From: an uncultured Clostridia bacterium | GTDB taxonomy: Bacteria > Bacillota > Clostridia > Christensenellales > CAG-917 | DNA length: 64,000 nt | NCBI GenBank assembly: GCA_934277615.1 | Contig: CAKQUV010000001.1 | Span: forward strand, 121,035-185,034 | Reading direction: 5' to 3' | Shown here: in pieces, positions 55,879-64,000 of the stretch | Layout: the number at the start of each line of letters is the position of its first letter | Position numbering within the stretch: the stretch's first letter is position 1 | The notes under the pieces: model-generated | The model's database searches: none | What the model was told of the DNA's origin: nothing | Seen by the model: the letters and a program-made list of their open reading frames with translations, nothing else | Translations under genes and position numbers: made by a program

Positions 55879-58017
55879 TTACGCTCTTTTGACGCGTTTT
55901 TCATCGATTTCGATATCTCCCGAGCAATAATCGACGACTTCGCCCTTTTCGCCTTTATCGCCTTTACTGCCGCTCAAAGCAAAGAGTCCGCCGTCTCCTC
56001 CGGGACCTCCGTCGCCGCCGCTGCCTGCATAACCCTTTCTGAGCGTTATTTTCCCCGTGAAATCGTGAGCGCTCACTTTTTCGCAATCTATTGCGTATCC
56101 GGAATTGCCGCCTTTTCCTCCCGTTCCGCCTTTGCCGCCGCTTTGACCTATCGACCCGTTCGAGCCTTTTTCGCCCATACCGCCCGTTCCGCCGTTGCCG
56201 GCAGTGAGCGCAATACGCCCCTTGCCGGTAAATGTTACGTTCTTTCCGCTTATAGCCGCTTTGCCTGCCTCACCGTCTTTACCCGTCAGACCGGACTTTC
56301 CCGTTTCGCCCCATATATTATTTCGTCCGTACACTTTGATTTCGACGTTTTCCGAGCTCAAAACGAGTCCGCCGTGAGTTATATTCACGTCGCACAATAT
56401 AACCTTTTCCGCCGCCGTCTTAATCGTAAGCGAATACTGCTTATCGTAATCGGACTTTATCACCAACGTTTTGCAGTTCTCGCCCGTAACGATAGTCGTG
56501 CCGACGGAATCCGCAACGTTAGAAATATCCAACGCCACGATCTCCTCGTTCAGGTATTGTCTTGACTCCTCGAAAGAATATATGCGCACCGTTTCGTAAT
56601 TCAAAAGCGTTTCCGTTTTCGGCTTGCCCACGCCGCAGTATATTTCCATTCCTAAACAAGTCAGCATAATCACCATTGAAAGAGCGATTGTTCCTACCGT
56701 TTCGGCAACGTCGCCGCCTTTTCTCGATATTACGACAAAAATTATCGCGCATATCAACAACCCGGGTATAGCCAACGCCGGCGCTAACGCCATCGCTTCG
56801 CAGAACATCATTAAAAAGAGATATCCGCTTTTTTTATCGGAAATCCACGCCATTCCCGCCGTCGTCGCTATGGACGCAATAATACTTGCTCCCGTCGCAA
56901 CGCCCAAATAAATCTTTACACGGAAAGGATCGGCGTCTATCAAATAAGTGAATTCTGTAAAGCATAATATGTAATCGCTCTTCATGTATCCCAGCCACAT
57001 ACACGTAAGCCCCACCGCGCAAGAAAGGAAGGTCAGCAAAAGCGGCACTTTTTCTTCGTTGTACGTAACGCACAACAACGAGATAGCGGAAGTGGCAAAT
57101 ATTCCCACGTAACCGGCAATAGTAGGGCTTACCCCCAAAAATACAGTCGATGAGATAAAATAGAACGTGCTTATTTCAAGCTCTTTATCATCGGCGAGTT
57201 TCCAACATCTGATTATGACGTGAATCACGGAAACAAAACAACACGCGGACGAAACGTATAAAACGACCGGGGGAACCGCATCAAAAAACAAAGAGAGCGG
57301 TCTAATATATCCGTTTTTGAAATAAAAAATGTATTGATACAGTTGCCCTGCGATAAATGCGATTATCGGAACTATTACGGCAAAGACTTTGCAAACTATC
57401 TTATTGCGATACTCTTTAAGTCTTGCTCTCTCCTCTTCGCTCAACGTTTCGTCCGCTACGTCCGTCGTGATCGTCGTGGTCGGACGTGTCGGCGCTGTTG
57501 TACGTCTTGTCGTATCCGTCGTGCTTGTCGTCGTACTAGGACGTGTAGGAGTCGTCGGACGCGTCGGCGTAATCGGGCGCGTCGGAGCAGGTTCTTCCGA
57601 CGACGAAAATGCGTCCGTTTTGAACGCACTCTCATCAACGGTTTTTGCCGTAGGTTTTGCTTTCAACGCCCTGCAATTTCTAAACGCCTCGGGGCCGATA
57701 CTGTCAAGCGTACCCTCGCACACGACGTTTTCGAGATTGACGCAGTCTTTGAACGCTTGCATTAATATGCTCAGGACTTCGTCGTGCAAGACGACGGTTT
57801 TTATATTCTTGTTGCCCTCGAAAGCACGCTCTCCGATTACGTTGTATTCCGACGGCACGATGAGCGCGCCCGACACTATATCGAGCGCCAGAGCCTTCTC
57901 GCGCGTCAAAACAGACTTGCGGTTTTCCACCACAAATTTCTCCGTGCATCCGCACAGTTCGCAAGCGGTAAGCGAATCGTCGTTATCCGAATTACAATTT
58001 TTACAAACCCACGTCAT
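55879..58017 (-). CDS. Zinc-ribbon + BspA-type LRR + Pro/Thr linker + multi-TM + glycine-rich C-terminal domain protein (712 aa)
   Basis: The zinc ribbon is CKNCNSDNDDSLTACELCGC. The LRR_5-like region is IGERAFEGNKNIKTVVL...AFKDCVNLENV...EAFRNCRAL. The linker is PTRPITPTRPTTPTRP. About 9 hydrophobic helices follow. The C-terminus has G-rich runs (GGKGGTGGKGGNSG, GSGGDGGPGGDGG, GDKGEKGE). Confidence 0.65.
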   Translation of the reverse strand: MTWVCKNCNSDNDDSLTACELCGCTEKFVVENRKSVLTREKALALDIVSGALIVPSEYNVIGERAFEGNKNIKTVVLHDEVLSILMQAFKDCVNLENVVCEGTLDSIGPEAFRNCRALKAKPTAKTVDESAFKTDAFSSSEEPAPTRPITPTRPTTPTRPSTTTSTTDTTRRTTAPTRPTTTITTDVADETLSEEERARLKEYRNKIVCKVFAVIVPIIAFIAGQLYQYIFYFKNGYIRPLSLFFDAVPPVVLYVSSACCFVSVIHVIIRCWKLADDKELEISTFYFISSTVFLGVSPTIAGYVGIFATSAISLLCVTYNEEKVPLLLTFLSCAVGLTCMWLGYMKSDYILCFTEFTYLIDADPFRVKIYLGVATGASIIASIATTAGMAWISDKKSGYLFLMMFCEAMALAPALAIPGLLICAIIFVVISRKGGDVAETVGTIALSMVIMLTCLGMEIYCGVGKPKTETLLNYETVRIYSFEESRQYLNEEIVALDISNVADSVGTTIVTGENCKTLVIKSDYDKQYSLTIKTAAEKVILCDVNITHGGLVLSSENVEIKVYGRNNIWGETGKSGLTGKDGEAGKAAISGKNVTFTGKGRIALTAGNGGTGGMGEKGSNGSIGQSGGKGGTGGKGGNSGYAIDCEKVSAHDFTGKITLRKGYAGSGGDGGPGGDGGLFALSGSKGDKGEKGEVVDYCSGDIEIDEKRVKRA

Positions 58018-58037
58018 CTTCCCAAATCCACACTTTA

Positions 58038-58952
58038 TCAGTACAATTTATCGCATTCAACTGCAAGTTCTGAAATCGACTTTGCATTGCTGCCTCTGCC
58101 GACCGCTTTGAAAACCCATTCGCTGCCAACCCTTGTCGCAATCCCTACGACCAACGCCGTATTGCCGCCCATGTTTGCGTTTACCCTATATTCCACAAGC
58201 GGAGTGTGCGAAACGGGATCGTAAAGTTTTATGTACATATTCTTCACTTTGGACAAATTCTGCTTTCTTTTCACGCAGTCGTATATGTTGAGCACAAACA
58301 CGAGTTTATCTCTGTCCGTCGGCACTTTGTCCAAAAACACGTCTATGTTTTCATCGTCTACGTTTGGTCCTATATCGACGCCCGTAAGGTTGTCGCCGTG
58401 ATGCACCACGCATCCGCTCGGATGTTTCAATTTTCCGAAATACACGATGTCGAATCCTCTTTGCCCCATCACGAACACCGACGAATCGATATCCATATTC
58501 GCTCTTTCGGTTGCGCCGACGGGATCCCATCCCAATCCGACGACAATTCTCTTCAACGGCTTATTGTTGAATCTGATTTTAATCTCCTGCCCTTGCGACA
58601 ACCTGATTACGTCGCCGTCTTTATAGCCCGATACTCTCGTCGCGTCCGAATAGTCGATTTTCATATTCTTGCAATATATGCATTGAAAATCCGCGCCTCT
58701 GCCGCCCTGGCATTCTCTTGCCTTGCAGGCGCAGCCTCCGACAACGCGACTGCGGCACTTGTCGCACGGCAAAAGCGTTGAATTTGTCTCGAACTTTGCC
58801 TGCCTTATTTCGGAGGTCATAACTTTCGCCTCGTCGGCGGATATTTCCAAAAAGTTTACGACCTTCCACTCGCCGCCGAATTGTTTGATTTCCAAACCGA
58901 AATGCTTTCCCGTAAGCGAACATTGCGCTTTCAAAAACTTCGTGTTTTCCAT
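58038..58952 (-). CDS. Cys-rich zinc-ribbon N-terminus fused to a TerD-family domain
   Basis: The Cys cluster is CDKCRSRVVGGCACKARECQ...CIYC. The TerD core is VGLGWDP...MDIDSSVFVM...VVHHGDNLTG...DDENIDVFLDKVP...LVFVLNIY. Confidence 0.75.
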   Translation of the reverse strand: MENTKFLKAQCSLTGKHFGLEIKQFGGEWKVVNFLEISADEAKVMTSEIRQAKFETNSTLLPCDKCRSRVVGGCACKARECQGGRGADFQCIYCKNMKIDYSDATRVSGYKDGDVIRLSQGQEIKIRFNNKPLKRIVVGLGWDPVGATERANMDIDSSVFVMGQRGFDIVYFGKLKHPSGCVVHHGDNLTGVDIGPNVDDENIDVFLDKVPTDRDKLVFVLNIYDCVKRKQNLSKVKNMYIKLYDPVSHTPLVEYRVNANMGGNTALVVGIATRVGSEWVFKAVGRGSNAKSISELAVECDKLY

Positions 58953-58954
58953 TT

Positions 58955-60004
58955 TTAGACCTCCAAATATTTTTTATCTATCCCCTCGGACAACAGCAAC
59001 GCTTTTCTTTGCCGTATCTGCGCTTGCACAAGAAGTCGCAAAGGCGTTCTCCCCGAGCAAACCCAGGTCGCGCGTTTTGTCCACGTCCTGTTGTATGCCA
59101 TTTCTTTATCAGTGCAACCGAAATACTTGTCTATCGTCTTGTCCGCCGACGTTGCGTCCCACGTTACGTCAACGTGAAAATACTCTTTATTGTCAAACGA
59201 AACGACGTTCCAGGCGTGCGTACACAACTGACCTTTAACTTGTCCGTGCACGACGTAGCACGTAATTCCCTGCGTATCCAGCAATCTTTTGTACGCCTCC
59301 GCAAAGCCTTGGCACACGCACTTTTTATTGACAAGCGCGCCGTATGCGCTTTGTTTGTACCCTTTATCCACGGGATTAAGTTTCTTCCCTCCCGTGTACC
59401 AGTATTCCACCGTCTTGGCAAGATAGTTGTGCGCGACGTACGCTTTTATCTCGGGCGTCATGCTTTTTGAAAAGATTGCGCTTGCGACCTCTTTCAGTTT
59501 GTCGTTCAATTCTCTTTTAAGCATATCCGAGAGCACTTTGCCGATTCTGTATTCAAATTTGAAAACGGCAAATTTGATTTTGTAAGTTTTCCAGGTATAC
59601 GGCTGATACGACACGATTTGCAGATTTGAATAAAACGCCTTATTCGCGACAAAGTCCGAATACAACGCTTTATAATCCAAATCAACCCCGGGTTTTGGAA
59701 AAACAACCAATCGTTTTTGAAATTGTTCCACGGCGTTTATCATAGCGTCCTCGGCTTGATATCCGTCGCTAACGTTCACGATATCCTGCCTTTTGACTTC
59801 CGTGTTTGTGTATTTAAAATCAAAAACGACTTTCCCTTCAACCACTTTCGTTTTCTGTTCGGCAATATAAACGCCTATCCCGGGATCTTTCGCTACCGCC
59901 TGCGCTATGACGGCGGCAGGGGACGTTCCTCCCTCATATTCGATGTGGAGTTGAAAGTCGTATATCCCGTCTATAAATGCGTCTATATTGTTTACCGTGA
60001 TCAT
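58955..60004 (-). CDS. Transglutaminase-like cysteine protease-fold protein
   Basis: The start was moved to M62 (MITVNN) at 60004, 2 nt after the kinase stop. The Cys-His-Asp core is KKCVCQGFAEAYKRLL...CTHAWNVVSF...YFHVDVTWD. Confidence 0.75.
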   Translation of the reverse strand: MITVNNIDAFIDGIYDFQLHIEYEGGTSPAAVIAQAVAKDPGIGVYIAEQKTKVVEGKVVFDFKYTNTEVKRQDIVNVSDGYQAEDAMINAVEQFQKRLVVFPKPGVDLDYKALYSDFVANKAFYSNLQIVSYQPYTWKTYKIKFAVFKFEYRIGKVLSDMLKRELNDKLKEVASAIFSKSMTPEIKAYVAHNYLAKTVEYWYTGGKKLNPVDKGYKQSAYGALVNKKCVCQGFAEAYKRLLDTQGITCYVVHGQVKGQLCTHAWNVVSFDNKEYFHVDVTWDATSADKTIDKYFGCTDKEMAYNRTWTKRATWVCSGRTPLRLLVQAQIRQRKALLLSEGIDKKYLEV

Positions 60005-60006
60005 TT

Positions 60007-61449
60007 TTATTTCTTCTTTGCGTATCCGAACATTACGAGTTGGTGTATCAACACAAATTGATTTGTGCCGTCTTTTCTCATTAAAACGTAGCCTTTTCTG
60101 CCGTTTTTCTGATGTTTTGCAATGCCTGCGTACCCGTCGCTTTTCGCTTTTTCGCCGTCTATACAATACCCTGCGTCCGTATCCCAAACTTCGTTCGACA
60201 AAACAAACGCTGCGGTTGTCGATTCTTTTTTCTTTTCATCCGCGCTCGACGGAGCGACAACCCAGCCAAGAATTTTCAGCGTATTTATGGAGAACACGTT
60301 GCTCGTGCCGTCCGCTCTATAGAATTTATAACAATTCACGCCCTTTCTGTTGATTCTTTTCGATGACGCAAATCCGCTTTCTCTGAGCTTTGCGATATCG
60401 AATTTGCATTTGTGCTCTTCCCACGGCTCGCAATAGCCTTTCGGCACTTCTGTATCTGAATCTCTCGTCGTCGCGCTCGGCTTTATCGGGGATACCGCCG
60501 TCATTCCTTCAATAACGACGCCTTGTCCTTCGTCGAAAGGAAGAACGCGCTTGCTTTTCAGCACGTCCAGCACCTCCTGAGCGGAAATTCTCTTTTCGGG
60601 ATCGGCATACAGCATATTCGCAATCAAGCGTTGCATATATTCGTCTTTTATCTTTTTGGATATCACAAGCTTTGCGTCCGAAACCAACGCCTCTCCGCAA
60701 TACACCACTTTTCCCTCGTCCGCTTTGGCTTTCAACTTGTCGCTAAGCCCCGTGATTTTGGGGAATTCGCCTTTTGTCAGATAGTTATAAAAGACGATAC
60801 CCAGCGAAAACACGTCGGATTTTGTGGACAATTTCGCCATAGCGTCCTCTTCGCATTCGCTGATAAGGCACCAGGTGAGCTCCGGCGACATATATAGTTG
60901 ATCTCCGCCCAAATCTTTTTCTCTCACGCTGTTTGCAAAATAGCTCTTATCGAAGTCGATGATTTTTGCAACCACTTTCCCCGACGAATTTCTTGCGGCG
61001 AGGATATTTGTGCGTTTTAAGTCGCTATGCACGATGTTTTTTCCGTGGATATCCTTGATGGCTTTTGCCGCCGTCATCATCACGAAATTCAACTCGTCGC
61101 CCGATAGCTCCATTATCTTTTCGTCCTCTATGAGGTCGTTGATAAACTCGGTGGCTTCTATAAAGTTGATATCGTCCACAAACCATTTCGTCGGCAAAAT
61201 GATGTTTCCGCCCTCGCACGCAATCGTCGAAAGAGCCTCGTTTATGGCGGATCTGTATTTTACAAAGTCGTTGAACTCGGCGTTTAGTCTTGCAAAAAGT
61301 CTGTCGCTCGTCGCCGCGTTTTTTCTGGGCTTTTTGTATTCGCCGTAGCGTTTGAGAAAGTATTTTTTGCTTCCCTTTGTCGCCAAAGCCGTAAAGCCGA
61401 CGTTCGATACCTTCCAATCCCCTATCAGTTCATATCCCCCGACATTCAT
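60007..61449 (-). CDS. Ser/Thr protein kinase with two C-terminal ~60-aa repeats
   Basis: Motifs are YFLKRY (catalytic Lys region), IVHSDLKRTNIL (HxDLKxxN), IIDFDKS (DFG variant) and YMSPE (APE). The C-terminal repeats are GYC...RKG...Y..R.DGT...F....L...G(W/Y). Confidence 0.8.
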   Translation of the reverse strand: MNVGGYELIGDWKVSNVGFTALATKGSKKYFLKRYGEYKKPRKNAATSDRLFARLNAEFNDFVKYRSAINEALSTIACEGGNIILPTKWFVDDINFIEATEFINDLIEDEKIMELSGDELNFVMMTAAKAIKDIHGKNIVHSDLKRTNILAARNSSGKVVAKIIDFDKSYFANSVREKDLGGDQLYMSPELTWCLISECEEDAMAKLSTKSDVFSLGIVFYNYLTKGEFPKITGLSDKLKAKADEGKVVYCGEALVSDAKLVISKKIKDEYMQRLIANMLYADPEKRISAQEVLDVLKSKRVLPFDEGQGVVIEGMTAVSPIKPSATTRDSDTEVPKGYCEPWEEHKCKFDIAKLRESGFASSKRINRKGVNCYKFYRADGTSNVFSINTLKILGWVVAPSSADEKKKESTTAAFVLSNEVWDTDAGYCIDGEKAKSDGYAGIAKHQKNGRKGYVLMRKDGTNQFVLIHQLVMFGYAKKK

Positions 61450-63209
61450 ACTCTTGCCCCCTTAAAATACTTCTTATAACTCCTCTCGTATTCGGCATAT
61501 ATTTCATCTCTTACGCCGATTTTTTTCAATATCTGCTCGTTTTCTTCTTCGAGTGCGGCAAGTTTTTCTTCTTTCTCTTCACACTCTTGCGCGTCGAGCA
61601 AATCTCTTTTTCCTTCCCAAATCTTTCGTATAATCTCGTTGCGCCTCGTTCTCCAAAACCGCATCGTGCATTGCGCTATCATATCGCGTTGCTGCCTGCC
61701 GCAAAGATCGTTCTGCTCTTCGTCTATGGCGCTAAGCTCGTCCAAAATTGCTCGAAACTCTTCCTTCTTTTCGGCAAGTTTTCTCATCTGCTTTGCGCTA
61801 TGCGTTTCGATATTGAAAGAAACGTACTGCCCCGACAATTCGCCTCGCAAAAGCATATCGAACAGCGTTTCGTTATCTTCCTCGTTCACCGACTCGCTCA
61901 AGAACTGCTTTTTATTGTCATCGAACCAATCCATGGTTTTCTTTTTCGCAATCTCGACTTTCGCTTCCAGCGCGTGCAGTTTTTCAAGAAACTCTTCTTT
62001 CGCTTTGATAAACGGCTCGTATTGCGCCTCTCTCATCAATCCGAAAACATACTGAAACACCCTATTTGAATTTATCCAATCCGTCGCGTTTTCAAGAATG
62101 ATATCGTCTTTCTTTTCCTCTATTTTTTGCGCCTCGTCCGAATAATCCGCCTCGAATATGTCCGACAGCCTGCTTACGATGTGTTTTTTTATATAATACA
62201 GCCTGTCTTTCACGGCTCTTTTGAAAACGTCGTAATCCTCTTTGCCCTTGAAATCGTTGTATCCGAACATTTGCAACGCCATAGAATTGCTGTCGTCGTG
62301 CCTTCCGATGCGCTTGTATTCTTCCTCAAAGTTTAATGCTGCCTCCTCTGTCGAGTTTGCCTTGTAAAACGCTTCGAGAAAGGTCATTTCCATCTCGAGA
62401 GGCGAGGCATAACACGAGCATTTGTAACAGCCGTCCGTTGCGACGAACACTACGCACGGTTTGTCGAAACTCGCGTATCTCGATTCAATCTTAAAATCGC
62501 GCGACAAAGTTATGAGGTTATACATCGTTTCGGCGTCTTCGTGATCGTCCGTTATTTGAGCAAGCCCGTCCTTATTCCACATATACGCGCGAGAGTCGCC
62601 CGCCCACAAAAACACGGCTCTGACGGATTTCTTTTCTTCTTTGACGAGCGCGATTTGCAGCGTCGTCGGAAGCAGATATGCCCCGGTAACGCTCGTTTCT
62701 ATTTCCAAATCTATTTTCTTCGCTATTTTTTCAAGTTTATAGCGGATTTCTATTGCAAGTTTTTGCGCGTATTCGCTCAACACGTCGTCAATTTTATCCT
62801 GATTGTTTTGTATATCCTCAAACAGTTTTTCTTTGTCGAATGCTTTGACATACTTGATTTCGTACAAGGCGATAGCCGCCACAAGGCGAGAAGCAAAATA
62901 TCCGCTCGTCCTTATTGCGCTTTCGCATTCGAAATAATAATCTTTCATCTCGAAAATTTCAGAAAAGCCGTTCACGACGTAATCGACAAAATCCTCGTCC
63001 ACATCCCCTTTATACACGTCGCCAAAGACAAGTTCATAGAACTTGTCTTTGTCTACGATTCCCCTATCTGCCTTCTTGTGCGGGTATCCGCCTCTTCCTC
63101 CCAATCCGTCCGCGACGAGCAAAATCCCATCCTTCGCATACGGATGCGCGTCCTCCCCGATATAAACTTTGGGTTCCCCTTTTTGTATTTTTTGATTGTA
63201 AACAATCAT
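61446..63209 (-). CDS. PP2C-family phosphatase with long helical C-terminal extension
   Basis: RBS gggggaaaaggg plus M9 at 63209. Motifs are LLVADGLGGRGG, WAGDSRAY, ITDDHE and VATDGC. It overlaps the kinase start by 4 nt. Confidence 0.8.
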   Translation of the reverse strand: MIVYNQKIQKGEPKVYIGEDAHPYAKDGILLVADGLGGRGGYPHKKADRGIVDKDKFYELVFGDVYKGDVDEDFVDYVVNGFSEIFEMKDYYFECESAIRTSGYFASRLVAAIALYEIKYVKAFDKEKLFEDIQNNQDKIDDVLSEYAQKLAIEIRYKLEKIAKKIDLEIETSVTGAYLLPTTLQIALVKEEKKSVRAVFLWAGDSRAYMWNKDGLAQITDDHEDAETMYNLITLSRDFKIESRYASFDKPCVVFVATDGCYKCSCYASPLEMEMTFLEAFYKANSTEEAALNFEEEYKRIGRHDDSNSMALQMFGYNDFKGKEDYDVFKRAVKDRLYYIKKHIVSRLSDIFEADYSDEAQKIEEKKDDIILENATDWINSNRVFQYVFGLMREAQYEPFIKAKEEFLEKLHALEAKVEIAKKKTMDWFDDNKKQFLSESVNEEDNETLFDMLLRGELSGQYVSFNIETHSAKQMRKLAEKKEEFRAILDELSAIDEEQNDLCGRQQRDMIAQCTMRFWRTRRNEIIRKIWEGKRDLLDAQECEEKEEKLAALEEENEQILKKIGVRDEIYAEYERSYKKYFKGARV

Positions 63210-63225
63210 CCCTTTTCCCCCTAGG

Positions 63226-63263
63226 AAAAACAAACGGATTGCCCCAAGGGGAGCAATCCGTTT
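63226..63263 (-). terminator. Intrinsic terminator-like hairpin between the vWA and PP2C genes
   Basis: The minus strand reads caaacggattgctccccttggggcaatccgtttgttttt, with an ~11-bp stem and a T-run. It ends ~15 nt before the PP2C RBS. Confidence 0.5.
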
Positions 63264-63336
63264 GCGTCAACAGGCACAAAGCCTTTTTGTAACAATTCTT
63301 TGCTCCGTAAGTTATCTCGGACAAATAAATGTCGCA

Positions 63337-63987
63337 TTAAATTGAGTTTACCAACATGTGTATGCAAGTGGCGATATCCGTGTCGCTACAACCGTCGCCT
63401 GCTTTGGACGCCGAATGGAACGTGTTTTTCCAGTCCACCAAATCGGACCACGGCTCGGTGTCGGGCGCGAATATGAGCAATCTCTTTGCTTTCTCCTCCA
63501 TCTCTTGACCTTCCCACCATTCGTGCAATTCCGCAAGGTCTGCCGGCATATCGCCCGGATAGCTGGATGACGATTTTCTCGCGCCGAGCGCAAGTGCCGG
63601 AGCGTCTGTCCACATGATGATGACGTGGCGTCTTTTGGAGCCCGATCTCACCCAATCGGATTTCATCGCCAAAGCAATTGCTTCAAGCGAGTTTTCGGGA
63701 CCGTCGCCGCCGCCCGTCGCCTCTATTCCGTTGACGAAATTGTGGAAGTCCGTGCTTTCGTCGTCGAGCACGAAGAACTTGGACTCCACCATAGGCTCCG
63801 TGTCGCAGCCGTAATCTCTGAACGCAATCACCTTGATACGCAATTGTTGTACGGATTTATCTTTTGCTTCCATCTCCTGGACAAATTTGCGATAGAAAGA
63901 AAGCGCGTTTGCTTTTACGTCGTTGATGATTGACGACATGCTTCCCGTTGCGTCGATACACATAACGATATCTACATTGTAATCCAA
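63337..63987 (-). CDS. von Willebrand factor A (vWA) domain protein, TerY-like
   Basis: MIDAS-type motifs are VMCIDATGSMS, GGGDGPE and IIMWTDA. Length is 216 aa, and the start lies 13 nt from the window end. Confidence 0.8.
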   Translation of the reverse strand: MDYNVDIVMCIDATGSMSSIINDVKANALSFYRKFVQEMEAKDKSVQQLRIKVIAFRDYGCDTEPMVESKFFVLDDESTDFHNFVNGIEATGGGDGPENSLEAIALAMKSDWVRSGSKRRHVIIMWTDAPALALGARKSSSSYPGDMPADLAELHEWWEGQEMEEKAKRLLIFAPDTEPWSDLVDWKNTFHSASKAGDGCSDTDIATCIHMLVNSI

Positions 63988-64000
63988 CCCTTGATTTGTA

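Noticed and set aside
44722-64000. Prophage or integrative conjugative element
   Set aside because: Within the visible part of the island I could recognise no integrase, terminase, capsid, relaxase or type IV secretion genes. A mobile origin remains possible because the right end is outside the window.

Overview
The window looks like chromosome from a spore-forming Firmicutes/Clostridia-like bacterium. The markers are Veg, a CwlD-type amidase, a GerA-type germinant receptor operon, and tmk-holB-yaaT. Backbone GC is about 50% by spot counts. Positions 1-43.2 kb are mostly housekeeping: gltX, serS, leuS, gdhA, guaB, ung, lepB, tmk, holB, ricT/yaaT, a U32 peptidase, an S8 protease, a GH5 lipoprotein, two membrane M28 peptidases, MgtC plus a cation/proton antiporter, LysR and XRE regulators. 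Positions 43.4-44.7 kb hold tRNA-Pro(GGG) and tRNA-Arg(CCU). Each tRNA is embedded in perfect tandem duplications that copy one end of it: 187-bp units carrying the Pro 5' end, and 142-bp units carrying the Arg 3' end plus its terminator. From 44.7 kb to the window end, 13 tightly packed minus-strand genes form a lower-GC accessory island that I cannot assign to any named system. It contains a vWA + PP2C + Ser/Thr kinase triad with a transglutaminase-fold protein and a zinc-ribbon TerD protein. It also contains a zinc-ribbon/LRR/multi-TM/glycine-rich protein, two paralogous TM-Rossmann-RyR-domain proteins and a TIR-HAD fusion. The remaining genes are an N-terminally truncated ClpP pair (one active, one with all three catalytic residues replaced), a winged-helix/coiled-coil protein and a double-TIR Sel1/TPR protein. 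This island is the main candidate for a novel system. Non-coding features include three copies of a 400-550 nt structured repeat with compensatory stem changes that bracket a giant-membrane-protein operon and gdhA. There are also two copies of a ~125-nt conserved hairpin element placed directly after stop codons, an unannotated 43-aa Cys-rich ORF, and a four-box DnaA-box cluster. All calls come from reading motifs by eye; no database search was run.
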